64,000 bases of DNA. It comes from Solirubrobacterales bacterium. GTDB lineage: Bacteria > Actinomycetota > Thermoleophilia > Solirubrobacterales > 70-9. A program made the position numbers and the translations under genes. Below the pieces are notes generated by a model. It did not search any database. It was given only the letters and a program-made list of their open reading frames with translations, and was not told the origin of the DNA. Location of the stretch: the NCBI GenBank assembly GCA_044867645.1, contig JBIOVI010000063.1, positions 329 through 64,328 of the forward strand. Reading direction: 5' to 3'. Positions 15,303-24,121 of this stretch are shown here, piece by piece. Position 1 is the stretch's first letter; every line of letters starts with the position of its first letter.

Positions 15303-15802
15303 CAAGGCAGGGCGGCGACGGCCTGCTCGAGATCGTCGACAGTCTGGAAGGTGCTGCCGGTTCTCGACACATGCCGGTAGCGGACGATCCCCTCGCCGTC
15401 GATGACGACGATCGCACGCATGATGTAGCGACCGCCTGGAGCGTCTTTGAGCTCGGTGAACCGCGCGAGCGGACCGAGCCACGCGGTCACCCCGTAGCGC
15501 TTGCTCACGGCGAGGTCCTCATCGGCCAGCAGCGGCACGTTGAGGCTCTGCTCCTGCACCCAGTGCTCGTGCGAGTCGACCGACTGCGGCGAGATGCCCA
15601 GCACCTCGGCGTCGAGCTGGTCGAGCCGCTCGCTGTTGTCGCGGTAGGAACAGAACTGTGCCGTGCAGACAGTGGTTTCGTCGCCCGGATAGAAGGCCAA
15701 CACGACGTTTCTTCCGCGCAGATCCGAGAGCTTGTAGGTCTTACCGCCCGTGCCCGGCAGCTCGAAATCGGGTGCCGCGTCGCCCACGTCGACCTTTGCC
15801 AT
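15302..15802 (-). CDS. peroxiredoxin (Bcp / AhpC-TSA family)
   Basis: 166 aa. APDFELP, and [15 protein letters not shown] with the peroxidatic Cys context. Confidence 0.85.
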   Translation of the reverse strand: MAKVDVGDAAPDFELPGTGGKTYKLSDLRGRNVVLAFYPGDETTVCTAQFCSYRDNSERLDQLDAEVLGISPQSVDSHEHWVQEQSLNVPLLADEDLAVSKRYGVTAWLGPLARFTELKDAPGGRYIMRAIVVIDGEGIVRYRHVSRTGSTFQTVDDLEQAVAALP

Positions 15803-15830
15803 GGGCCCCAGACTAGAGCAGCGGCGGCCT

Positions 15831-16523
15831 CTATTCCGAGTAGGTCAGAACCTTCCGGTTGCGTTTTTTCGCCCAGATCCAATCGATCACGACGTCCTGC
15901 TTCGGCTTTCCGGAAGGCGTACCCAGATCGCTGATCCGTTCGACCACGTCGAGTCCCTCGTCGACTTTGCCGATCAAGGCATATTCGGGGGGCAGGCCGG
16001 CGTCAGCCGCTAGAACGATGAAGAACTCGCTACGCGAGCGGCCGGGAGGGTCGTTGGGGCGCTTTGCCATTGCGACAACGCCCCGGGTGTAAGCGGTACC
16101 TGGAGGCGGCTTCTCGTCGACGCTGTAACCGGGGCCGCTGGCGAGCGGATCGCCGCCTTGAATCCTGAGGCCAGGTTCAAGTCGATCGAAAGCGAATCCC
16201 TCGTAGAAGCCCTTTTTTGCAAGAGCGGCGAACGAGCTGACGGTCTTCTGCGCGCGCTTGGTATCGAGAGCGATCTGGAATCTGCCGCAGTTCGTCTCTA
16301 CCAGCGCGACCAGATCTTCGTCCTTTTTCACAATGAACTCGGGTGCGTTGTACCCGTGGCGGGGAGTTGGCTTCGGTGCATCGACCTGCTTGCAGACTGG
16401 AGCGCTCGCCTCACTGGTCGAAGCGTCGTCCCCCCCACAGCCGATCGAATTCATCGCCACGACACCCGCGATGAGCGACGCGATCACGGCAATCGACTGC
16501 GTGCGGCCACGGCGACTCTCCAT
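15831..16523 (-). CDS. cyclophilin-type peptidyl-prolyl isomerase, lipoprotein-like
   Basis: [22 protein letters not shown] and SEFFIVL motifs. N-terminal signal with Cys (NSIGCGG). Confidence 0.8.
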   Translation of the reverse strand: MESRRGRTQSIAVIASLIAGVVAMNSIGCGGDDASTSEASAPVCKQVDAPKPTPRHGYNAPEFIVKKDEDLVALVETNCGRFQIALDTKRAQKTVSSFAALAKKGFYEGFAFDRLEPGLRIQGGDPLASGPGYSVDEKPPPGTAYTRGVVAMAKRPNDPPGRSRSEFFIVLAADAGLPPEYALIGKVDEGLDVVERISDLGTPSGKPKQDVVIDWIWAKKRNRKVLTYSE

Positions 16524-16550
16524 TGCTATCGAAGCCTAGAGCATTCAAAA

Positions 16551-17240
16551 CTATCCCTTTTCGATCGAGATCGATTCGATCAGGACGGTCTGCTTCGGTT
16601 TTTCGGCAGGGGTGCCGAGCTTGCCTATCTGTTCGACCACCTCGAAGCCTTTGTCGACCTTGCCGACCAAGGCGTATTCGGGCGGCAGACCGGCGTCTGC
16701 GGAGAGGACGACGAAGAACTGGCTGCCCGAGCGGCCCGGGGGCTCGGCGGCGCTCTTAGCCATCGCCACTATGCCCTTGGTGTAGGCGAGGTTGGCGGGC
16801 GGTTTCTCGTCGACACTGTAGCCGGGACCGCCGGTCCCGGTCCCGAGCGGGTCGCCACCCTGGATCACGAAACCGGGTGCCACCCGGTGGAAAGTGAGGT
16901 CGTCGTAGAAACCTTCGTCGGAAAGGAAGACGAATGAATTGACGGTCTTCGGCGCCCGCTTCGTATCGAGCGCGATCTCGAAGCTGCCGCAGCTCGTCTT
17001 CACCACGGCGGTGAGCGTCTCTCCCTTCTTCACCGTCTGCTTGGGGGCACCAAAGCTGACGTTCTTCGGCTTCGGCGCCTTCACCTGCTTGCAGGCCGAG
17101 GAGCTCGCCGCGGTCGTCGAATCGCCGTCCCCGCCGCCGCGGCCGATCAGGATCGCCGCCACCACACCTACCGCGAGCACGGCGAATACCGCCAGGACGA
17201 TCAGCTTGGTGCGATCTTGACTCCCCGCCATCGGCCGCAA
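16551..17240 (-). CDS. cyclophilin-type peptidyl-prolyl isomerase (tandem paralog)
   Basis: FHRVAPGFVIQGGDPLGTGTGGPGY and SQFFVVL motifs. N-terminal TM segment. Confidence 0.8.
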   Translation of the reverse strand: MRPMAGSQDRTKLIVLAVFAVLAVGVVAAILIGRGGGDGDSTTAASSSACKQVKAPKPKNVSFGAPKQTVKKGETLTAVVKTSCGSFEIALDTKRAPKTVNSFVFLSDEGFYDDLTFHRVAPGFVIQGGDPLGTGTGGPGYSVDEKPPANLAYTKGIVAMAKSAAEPPGRSGSQFFVVLSADAGLPPEYALVGKVDKGFEVVEQIGKLGTPAEKPKQTVLIESISIEKG

Positions 17241-17261
17241 AATCCTAGATGATCGGACGCG

Positions 17262-17723
17262 ATGCCCTTGCCTCAGCTCACTGCGCTCGCGACGGCGGTA
17301 CTCCGAGTACCCGGCAGGCCGGAGAGAGTCCTCGAGATCGGTTGCGACACGGGAGACGGAGTGCTGTTCCTAGCCCGCGAGTTCCCTTCGGCCCGGGTGC
17401 GCGGCATCGATCGCTCGCAGGAGGCGATACGCGAGGCCGTGTCGAGGGTGGGTCTCGACCCCGAGGGACGGGTCGCCTTCAAGCAGGATCGGGGGCGGGC
17501 TCTCCCCTTCCCCGAGGGCTTCTTTGACCTCGTCGTCCAGACGGGTGGCCGACTCCGCCCGGGCGAGATCGCGCGAGTCCTTCGCCCCGGCGGGCATTTG
17601 ATCTGCCTCGGCTCGTGGCGATGGCTGGAGTGGCGACTCGGCCAGCACCGCCTCGACGCAATCGAGAGCGGAGAGGCCGCCGGCCAGGTGTTTTTCATCG
17701 CCCGGCTCCAGGACGGCGAGTGA
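17262..17723 (+). CDS. SAM-dependent methyltransferase (small)
   Basis: VLEIGCDTGDG motif I and LRPGGHLI. Confidence 0.65.
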   Translation: MPLPQLTALATAVLRVPGRPERVLEIGCDTGDGVLFLAREFPSARVRGIDRSQEAIREAVSRVGLDPEGRVAFKQDRGRALPFPEGFFDLVVQTGGRLRPGEIARVLRPGGHLICLGSWRWLEWRLGQHRLDAIESGEAAGQVFFIARLQDGE

Positions 17724-17749
17724 GCGGCTCGGAATAGGCTGCCGACGCG

Positions 17750-18646
17750 ATGCGAATCGAAGCGATGCCGCTGGCGCTGCTCGTCAACCCTGCTTCGGCG
17801 CATGGGCGCGCACTGAAGTTGTTGCCGCGCCTCGAGCGAGAGCTGGACGCACGCCGGATCCCTTTTCGGGTAGAGCGCACGCGGGCTATCGCCGACGGGG
17901 TCGAGCGGGCGCTGCGCGCCGCCGAGGCGGGCGAGCTGCCGGTCGTGGTCAGCGGCGATGGACTGATCGGAGCGGTCGGCGGCGCGCTTGCCGGCTCGGA
18001 GACTCCGCTGGGAATCGTCCCGGGCGGGCGCGGTAACGACCTGGCGCGGGTGCTGGAGATCCCACACGAGCCGGAGGCGACCGTGGCGATGCTGGCCGCC
18101 GGGCAAACCCGCCGGATCGACGTCGGCGAGGTGAACGGGAAGCGCTTCCTCGGGATCGTGAGCGTTGGCTTCGACTCCGAAGCAAACCGGCTCGCAAACG
18201 AAACGAGGTGGCTGGGAGGCAATCTGGTCTACGCCTACGCCGGCATCCGCACGCTGCTCGGCTGGAAGGCCGCCCGCTTCACCATTCGTGTCGGAGACGA
18301 GCGCTCGCGCTTCACCGGTTACTCGGTGGCGGCGGCCAACAACAAGGCGTTCGGCGGAGGCATGTTCATCGCCCCCGACGCCGACCTGAGCGACGGCGAG
18401 TTCGACGTCGTCACCGTCGGCGAGGTCGGCAAGCTTCGCTTCCTGGGTAACCTGCCCAAGGTGTTCAAGGGCACCCACGTCGAGGAGGACGAGGTTCGGG
18501 TATTCCGCGCTTCGCGCCTCGAGCTGAGCGCCAGCCGGCCGTTTCCCGTCTACGCGGACGGCGAGCATCTGACCGATCTGCCCGCTGCGCTGCGAGTCCT
18601 GCCCCAAGCGCTCAGCGTCGTCGTCCCGCCGCGGGCTGGGGAGTGA
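17750..18646 (+). CDS. diacylglycerol kinase-family lipid kinase
   Basis: 298 aa. VVSGDGLIG (GGDG-like) and GIVPGGRGND motifs of the DAGK catalytic domain. Confidence 0.8.
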   Translation: MRIEAMPLALLVNPASAHGRALKLLPRLERELDARRIPFRVERTRAIADGVERALRAAEAGELPVVVSGDGLIGAVGGALAGSETPLGIVPGGRGNDLARVLEIPHEPEATVAMLAAGQTRRIDVGEVNGKRFLGIVSVGFDSEANRLANETRWLGGNLVYAYAGIRTLLGWKAARFTIRVGDERSRFTGYSVAAANNKAFGGGMFIAPDADLSDGEFDVVTVGEVGKLRFLGNLPKVFKGTHVEEDEVRVFRASRLELSASRPFPVYADGEHLTDLPAALRVLPQALSVVVPPRAGE

Positions 18647-20034
18647 GCGAGGGGTCCGACGGAGCCCTGTTCGGGGCGAAGCGCCTCGCCGCGCGCGCGG
18701 TCGGCGCCGCCAGCCGAGCCAGCGGCCGCGGCGGCGGGACCACCCTGCCGGGACGGCTGCTGCTGCGACTCGACCGGCAAGCGATCGCTCGCATCGGTTC
18801 GCATCTGGATCGGGGCGTGACGCTGGTCAGCGCCACCAACGGCAAGACGACGACGGCGGGGATGCTCGCGGTGCTGCTCGGCGCCGCCGGCCGCACCCCG
18901 GTCCACAACCGAGCCGGCTCGAACATGACCTGGGGAATCGCCACCGCGTTGCTCGAACAGCACGGCGATGAGGGACTCTTCGAGGTCGACGAGGCCTGGT
19001 TGCCGCAGGTGGCGGCCCAGCTCGACCCCTCCCTGGTGGTCCTCGGCAATCTCTTCCGCGACCAACTCGACCGCTACGGAGAGACCGAGATCCTGGCCCG
19101 GGAGTGGGCGAAGACGGTCGAGCAGAGGGCGGAACACACCCGCTTTGCCCTCAACGCCGACGATCCACTCGTCGCCGATCTCGGCCGCGACGGCGAGGGT
19201 CACCGCCGTGAGGGGACCGTCTATTTCGGTATCGACGACCACACGCAAGCGCTGCCCGAGCTGCAGCACGCCTTCGACGCCAAGCACTGTCGTCGCTGCG
19301 GTCATCCCTATCTCTACGAGCGCGCCTTCGTCGGCCATCTCGGCCACTACTCGTGCCCTGGCTGTGGCGCGCGGCGTCCCCAGCCCGACGTGACGGCGAC
19401 GCGAATCGAATTGCACGGCATGCGCGGCTCTTCGGTCTCCGTACGCACGCCCAAGGGCGAGATGACTGTCGAGCTGCCGCTCCCCGGCCTCTACAACGTC
19501 TACAACGCCCTGGCCGCGATCGCCGCCGCACTGGAGCTGGGGATAGCCCAGTCGCTGATCCCACCGGCCCTGGCCGGGATGCGCGGAGCCTTCGGCCGGG
19601 TTGAGACGGTCGCCGTCGGAGACGGGAAGGTCTCGATCCTGCTGATCAAGAATCCAGCCGGGACCAACGAGGTGCTGCGCACCCTGAGACTGGAGGCCGA
19701 GGCTTCCGAGCTCGACCTCTGGATCGCTCTCAACGACCGGATCGCCGACGGCCGCGACGTCTCCTGGATCTGGGACGCCGACTTCGAGCTGCTGGCGGGC
19801 GCCGTGCGGCGTGTGACCTGCGCCGGGACGAGAGCGCCTGAGATGGCGCTGCGGCTCAAGTACGCGGGCTGGCCCGAAGGCTCGATCGCGGTCGAGCCGG
19901 AGATCGAGAGGTCGCTGGACGCTGCCGTCGCGGAAGCGCCGGGACAGCTGTTCGCGCTGCCCACCTATACCGCCTTGCTCGAATTGCACAAGGTGCTAGC
20001 GGCCCGCGGACTTACGCGGGAGTTCTGGCGATGA
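18643..20034 (+). CDS. murT: lipid II isoglutaminyl synthase subunit MurT (Mur-ligase family)
   Basis: P-loop VSATNGKTTT. Cys4 ribbon CRRCG...CPGCG. C-terminal DUF1727-like region. gatD lies downstream. GTGA overlap with the upstream gene. Confidence 0.8.
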   Translation: MSEGSDGALFGAKRLAARAVGAASRASGRGGGTTLPGRLLLRLDRQAIARIGSHLDRGVTLVSATNGKTTTAGMLAVLLGAAGRTPVHNRAGSNMTWGIATALLEQHGDEGLFEVDEAWLPQVAAQLDPSLVVLGNLFRDQLDRYGETEILAREWAKTVEQRAEHTRFALNADDPLVADLGRDGEGHRREGTVYFGIDDHTQALPELQHAFDAKHCRRCGHPYLYERAFVGHLGHYSCPGCGARRPQPDVTATRIELHGMRGSSVSVRTPKGEMTVELPLPGLYNVYNALAAIAAALELGIAQSLIPPALAGMRGAFGRVETVAVGDGKVSILLIKNPAGTNEVLRTLRLEAEASELDLWIALNDRIADGRDVSWIWDADFELLAGAVRRVTCAGTRAPEMALRLKYAGWPEGSIAVEPEIERSLDAAVAEAPGQLFALPTYTALLELHKVLAARGLTREFWR

Positions 20035-20747
20035 GCGCCATCATCTGGCACGAGGTCGAGTGTGGCGCCTACGCGGCCGATCTAGCGCTCTGGGAGGAGC
20101 TTGCCGCTTCGCGGCCAGGGGCGACCCTCGATCTAGGCTGCGGCAGCGGACGCGTCGCCCTGCACCTGGCACGACGCGGCCACGGCGTGCATGGTCTCGA
20201 TCTCGATGCGGCGCTCGTCGAGTCGTTCAACCAGAGGGCGACGGGCCTCGCCGCGGTCGCGGCCATCGGCGATGCCAGGAACTTCGATCTTGGCACGAGG
20301 TTCGGGGTGGTCCTGGCGCCGATGCAACTGCTGCAGCTGTTCGGGGACCCGGCCGAACGCCGGCGCTGCCTGCGCTGCGTTGCCTCGCACCTGAGCGATG
20401 ACGGGCTGGCCGCCTTTGCCATCGTGGAGTCGATGCCCGCTTCCATCGACGCCGGCCCTCCCCTGCCTGACGCGCGCGAGGTCGATGGCTGGGTCTACTC
20501 CAGCTTGCCGATCGACGCGGAGGTCTACTCGGGATCGATCCGCATACGGCGACTCCGACAGACGGTCTCCCCGCAGGGGGAGCTGGAGGAGGAGCTCTAC
20601 GAGATCGGCCTGCGGACCTTGGACGCAGACTCGCTGGAGAGCGAGGCACGGGAGGTCGGGCTGAGCCCCGTCGGGCGGCGACCGATACCCGCGACCGACG
20701 CGCACGTCGGCTCGACGGTCGTCCTGCTGGAACGGGGGCCCGCCTGA
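20031..20747 (+). CDS. class I SAM-dependent methyltransferase inserted between murT and gatD
   Basis: TLDLGCGSGRVALHL motif I. ATGA overlap with the murT stop and TGATG overlap with the gatD start. Confidence 0.7.
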   Translation: MSAIIWHEVECGAYAADLALWEELAASRPGATLDLGCGSGRVALHLARRGHGVHGLDLDAALVESFNQRATGLAAVAAIGDARNFDLGTRFGVVLAPMQLLQLFGDPAERRRCLRCVASHLSDDGLAAFAIVESMPASIDAGPPLPDAREVDGWVYSSLPIDAEVYSGSIRIRRLRQTVSPQGELEEELYEIGLRTLDADSLESEAREVGLSPVGRRPIPATDAHVGSTVVLLERGPA

Positions 20748-21484
20748 TGGAGCTCCGCGTCCTTGCCCTCTATCCAGACCAGATGAACATCTACGCGGAC
20801 CGCGGCAACATCCTCTTCCTGCAGCGACGCTGCGAGTGGCGCGGAATCGGCTTCTCCTACGCGGTGGCGGGACCCGGCGACGGTCTCGATCCGGCCGCCC
20901 ACGATTTCCTCTACCTCGGTGGCGGTCAGGATCGGGATCAGCGCGCGGTTGCCGCGGACATGGTCGCGACCAAGCGTGAGGCGCTCGGCGCCGCGGTCGA
21001 GGACGGCGCCGTCCTGCTCGCCGTCTGCGGCGGCTACCAGCTGCTCGGCCACAGCTATCAACTGGACGGGGAGCGGCTACCGGGGCTCGGCCTCGCCGAC
21101 CTGGAGACGGTGCGCGAGCCGGGGGACCGCTTGATCGGCAACGTCGCGATCGAGGCCGACCTCGGCAAGGGGCCGCAGACCATCGCTGGCTTCGAGAATC
21201 ACGGCGGGCGCACCTACCTGGATGCCGGCGCCACGCCGCTCGGGCGCGTGTTGAAGGGGTTCGGCAACAACGGCAAGGACGGCTTCGAGGGCGTGCGGCG
21301 GGGGAACCTCTTCGGCACCTATCTGCACGGCCCCCTCCTGCCCAAGAACGCGTGGCTGGCCGACCATTTGATCGCGATTGCCCTGGAGCGCCGCCATGGC
21401 GGCCCGCCCGAGCTGGCACCGCTCGAGGACAGCCTCGAGCTCGCGGCCCAGGAGTGCGCCCACGCAGTTGCGCTGCGCAACTGA
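20747..21484 (+). CDS. gatD: glutamine amidotransferase GatD (CobB/CobQ-like, MurT partner)
   Basis: LYPDQMNIYADRGN N-terminus and nucleophile Cys in AVCGGYQLLG. Confidence 0.8.
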   Translation: MELRVLALYPDQMNIYADRGNILFLQRRCEWRGIGFSYAVAGPGDGLDPAAHDFLYLGGGQDRDQRAVAADMVATKREALGAAVEDGAVLLAVCGGYQLLGHSYQLDGERLPGLGLADLETVREPGDRLIGNVAIEADLGKGPQTIAGFENHGGRTYLDAGATPLGRVLKGFGNNGKDGFEGVRRGNLFGTYLHGPLLPKNAWLADHLIAIALERRHGGPPELAPLEDSLELAAQECAHAVALRN

Positions 21485-21526
21485 GCACTGCGCAACTGAG
21501 TAGACACACGGCGGTTCGGGTAGGCA

Positions 21527-23665
21527 GTGGTGATGCCGTCCCTAGCAAAGATTTTCCTCGTCGCCGTTGTCGCCGCGGTGACGTCGGCCGGCCTTGCCGT
21601 GCCGACCGCGGGGGCGGCCCCGAGCTGTGCCGAAGGGCCCCAGACAGTCGGCGACACCATTCTGGGAACCCCCTGCGATGACACGGTTCGGGCGCCGCGC
21701 GGCGTGACGAGCGTGTTCGGCGAAGGAGGCAACGACACCCTCTACGGCCAGCGCGGCAACGACAGCCTCTTCGGCGGCGAGGGGAGCGACCGCCTCTACG
21801 GCGGGGTCGGCGACGATCGCGTTCGCGGCGGGGTCGGCGACGACCGTCTCTCTGGCGGCTTCGGCGCCGACTCGCTCGACGGCGAAGCCGGCAGCGACTT
21901 CGCCCGCGGAGACGCGACGATCGACGCGATTGCCGACACCGGCCCCAACGGCGATACCGACACGCTCAGCTACGCGACCGGCGCGGCTCCCGGCTTCTTC
22001 GACAGGCCGGGCGTCTCCGACTATGCGGGCTTTCCGGCGAGCAGGGACGACCGCGGCGCCTACGTGAACCTGCAGACCGGCTTGGGGGACAACGGCCTCG
22101 CCCCGGCCGGCGGCGGGGTCGACGAAGGGCTGGAAGGAACCGGCTTCGAGACCGTGATCGGCAGCGCCTTCCCCGACTTCATCGTCGGCACCTCCGACAA
22201 AGAGACGATCCATGGCGGAGGCGGCGCCGACGTCATTCTCGGCGAAGGGGGAGCCGACGTCGCCTTCGGCGGGGCCGACGGCGACAGCTGCGACGCTCCC
22301 GCGGCCTTCGAATGCGAGACCGACGAAAAAGAAGTCGACCTGCGTGACCCGGGTGCCGTCGCTGTCGGCCTGATGGCGCCGCAGGCCGGCGAAAGCCCAG
22401 CCCTCTACCTGACCGGCAGCGACGAAGACGACGAGGTCACGGCCAGCTACGCGGCCGGCGCTGTGACCTTCACCCTCGGCGCCGGCTCCGAGGCCGGCTT
22501 CGACACCAGCCCCTCGGCGGACGGGGGGTGCGGGGACCCAGCGGGGGGCAAAGTCGTCTGCCCGGTGAGCAGCGCCCCGGACTCGATCGTCATCGCCGGG
22601 CTGGACGGCGACGACACCCTCACCGTCTCCCCCTTTCCCGACACGACCTCTGCGATCCTTCTGGGCGGCGATGGCGCCGACAGTCTGACCGGCGGCCCGA
22701 CCGAAGACGCTCTGGTAGATGGCGCCGGTGCCGACACGGTCGATGCCGGCGAGCGAGACGACGCGGTCCCGAACAACGAAGGGGCGGACAAACTCCACGC
22801 GGGACCCGGCGAGGACCTCTTCATCTCCAATGCCGTCTGCGATGGCGATCTCCTCGACGGGGGGCCCGACCGCGACAACGCCAACTGGGCGAACTTCAAC
22901 TCGGCGATCGCGATCGACATGGGCGCGAGGAAAGCCGGCCTGATCGGAAGCGCAGGGCAGCCGCAGTGCGCGAGCAGCCCGCTGCTGACCAGCCTCGAAG
23001 CGATCGAGGACATCGAGGGGACGAGCCTCGACGACACTCTGGTCGGCAATTCGGGGCCGAACCAGCTACTGGGAAGACCCGGGCACGATTCCTACTTTGC
23101 CGCGGCCGGCGACGACTCGATCCTTGCCAACTCCGGCGACGAAGACCTGGCGATCGCCTGCGGCGAAGGCTTCGACACCGCCCAGGTCGACCACCCGGAA
23201 TACGGCGACCCCGCACCGGTCGACTGCGAGTCGATCTACGAGCGCGACCCGAACAGCTTCCGGCCACCGGACACCCCGCCTAATCCCAACCCGGAATCCC
23301 CCGGCGGCGGAACCCCGCAGCCCCCATCCGCACCCGCGCCCCCTCCCGTGCCCACCTCACGGCCCAAAGCGCCATCGCGAGCGCCCGTCGATCGAACGTC
23401 CCCGCAGACCAGGCTCCTCCACCGTCCTGGCAAGGTCGTCTTCGCCACCGGCCTGCGTCGCACTGTGACCTTCGCCTTCGCCTCGAACGAGGCCGGCGCA
23501 TCGTTCCGCTGCAGGCTCGACCGCGGTCGGTTCAAGCAGTGCCGCTCGCCGCGTGCCTATCGACTGTCACCCGGCAGGCACACGTTCCGTGTCTTCGCGA
23601 TCGACCGAGCCGGCAACCGCGACCCGTCCCCTGCCCTGGTCGAGCTGCGGGTCCGCCGTCGTTAG
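21527..23665 (+). CDS. secreted calcium-binding repeat (RTX-like GGxGxD) protein
   Basis: 712 aa with a signal peptide. Many nonapeptide-like repeats (GGEGSDRLYGGVGDDRVRGGVGDDRLSGGFGAD). Pro-rich linker and a basic C-terminal domain. Confidence 0.75.
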   Translation: MVMPSLAKIFLVAVVAAVTSAGLAVPTAGAAPSCAEGPQTVGDTILGTPCDDTVRAPRGVTSVFGEGGNDTLYGQRGNDSLFGGEGSDRLYGGVGDDRVRGGVGDDRLSGGFGADSLDGEAGSDFARGDATIDAIADTGPNGDTDTLSYATGAAPGFFDRPGVSDYAGFPASRDDRGAYVNLQTGLGDNGLAPAGGGVDEGLEGTGFETVIGSAFPDFIVGTSDKETIHGGGGADVILGEGGADVAFGGADGDSCDAPAAFECETDEKEVDLRDPGAVAVGLMAPQAGESPALYLTGSDEDDEVTASYAAGAVTFTLGAGSEAGFDTSPSADGGCGDPAGGKVVCPVSSAPDSIVIAGLDGDDTLTVSPFPDTTSAILLGGDGADSLTGGPTEDALVDGAGADTVDAGERDDAVPNNEGADKLHAGPGEDLFISNAVCDGDLLDGGPDRDNANWANFNSAIAIDMGARKAGLIGSAGQPQCASSPLLTSLEAIEDIEGTSLDDTLVGNSGPNQLLGRPGHDSYFAAAGDDSILANSGDEDLAIACGEGFDTAQVDHPEYGDPAPVDCESIYERDPNSFRPPDTPPNPNPESPGGGTPQPPSAPAPPPVPTSRPKAPSRAPVDRTSPQTRLLHRPGKVVFATGLRRTVTFAFASNEAGASFRCRLDRGRFKQCRSPRAYRLSPGRHTFRVFAIDRAGNRDPSPALVELRVRRR

Positions 23666-24093
23666 CGTCCGCTGGAGCCGAAGCCACCGTCGCCGCGGGA
23701 GGAATCGGTCAGCACCTCGACCTCGACCGGATCCGCGAGCGCGATCGGCGCAACAACGAGCTGAGCGATCCGCTCGCCCGGCTGTATGCGAAAGGTCTCG
23801 GCCGGATCGGTGTTGAGCAGCAGCACCCGCACTTCGCCGCGATAGCCAGAATCGATTAGGCCGGGGCTATTGACCAGGGCGATGCCGTGATCCCGCGCCA
23901 GTCCCGACCGAGGCAAGACCAACCCCGCATGCCCCTCGGGAATCTCAACCGCGATCCCGGTCCCAACGCTCCACCGCTCCCCCGGCCCAATGTGTGCCGG
24001 CTCACATGCACAGAGGTCCAGGCCAGCGTCCCCGTCGTGAGCTCGACTGGGGATCACCGCCTCGCTCGTCAGCTTCGCGACCCGAAGTTCCAT
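23662..24093 (-). CDS. dut: dUTP diphosphatase
   Basis: 143 aa. AGLDL, GYRGEV and RGDGGFGSSG motifs. Confidence 0.9.
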   Translation of the reverse strand: MELRVAKLTSEAVIPSRAHDGDAGLDLCACEPAHIGPGERWSVGTGIAVEIPEGHAGLVLPRSGLARDHGIALVNSPGLIDSGYRGEVRVLLLNTDPAETFRIQPGERIAQLVVAPIALADPVEVEVLTDSSRGDGGFGSSGR

Positions 24094-24121
24094 CGGCGGG
24101 CCACCCTATCGACGGTCTCAG

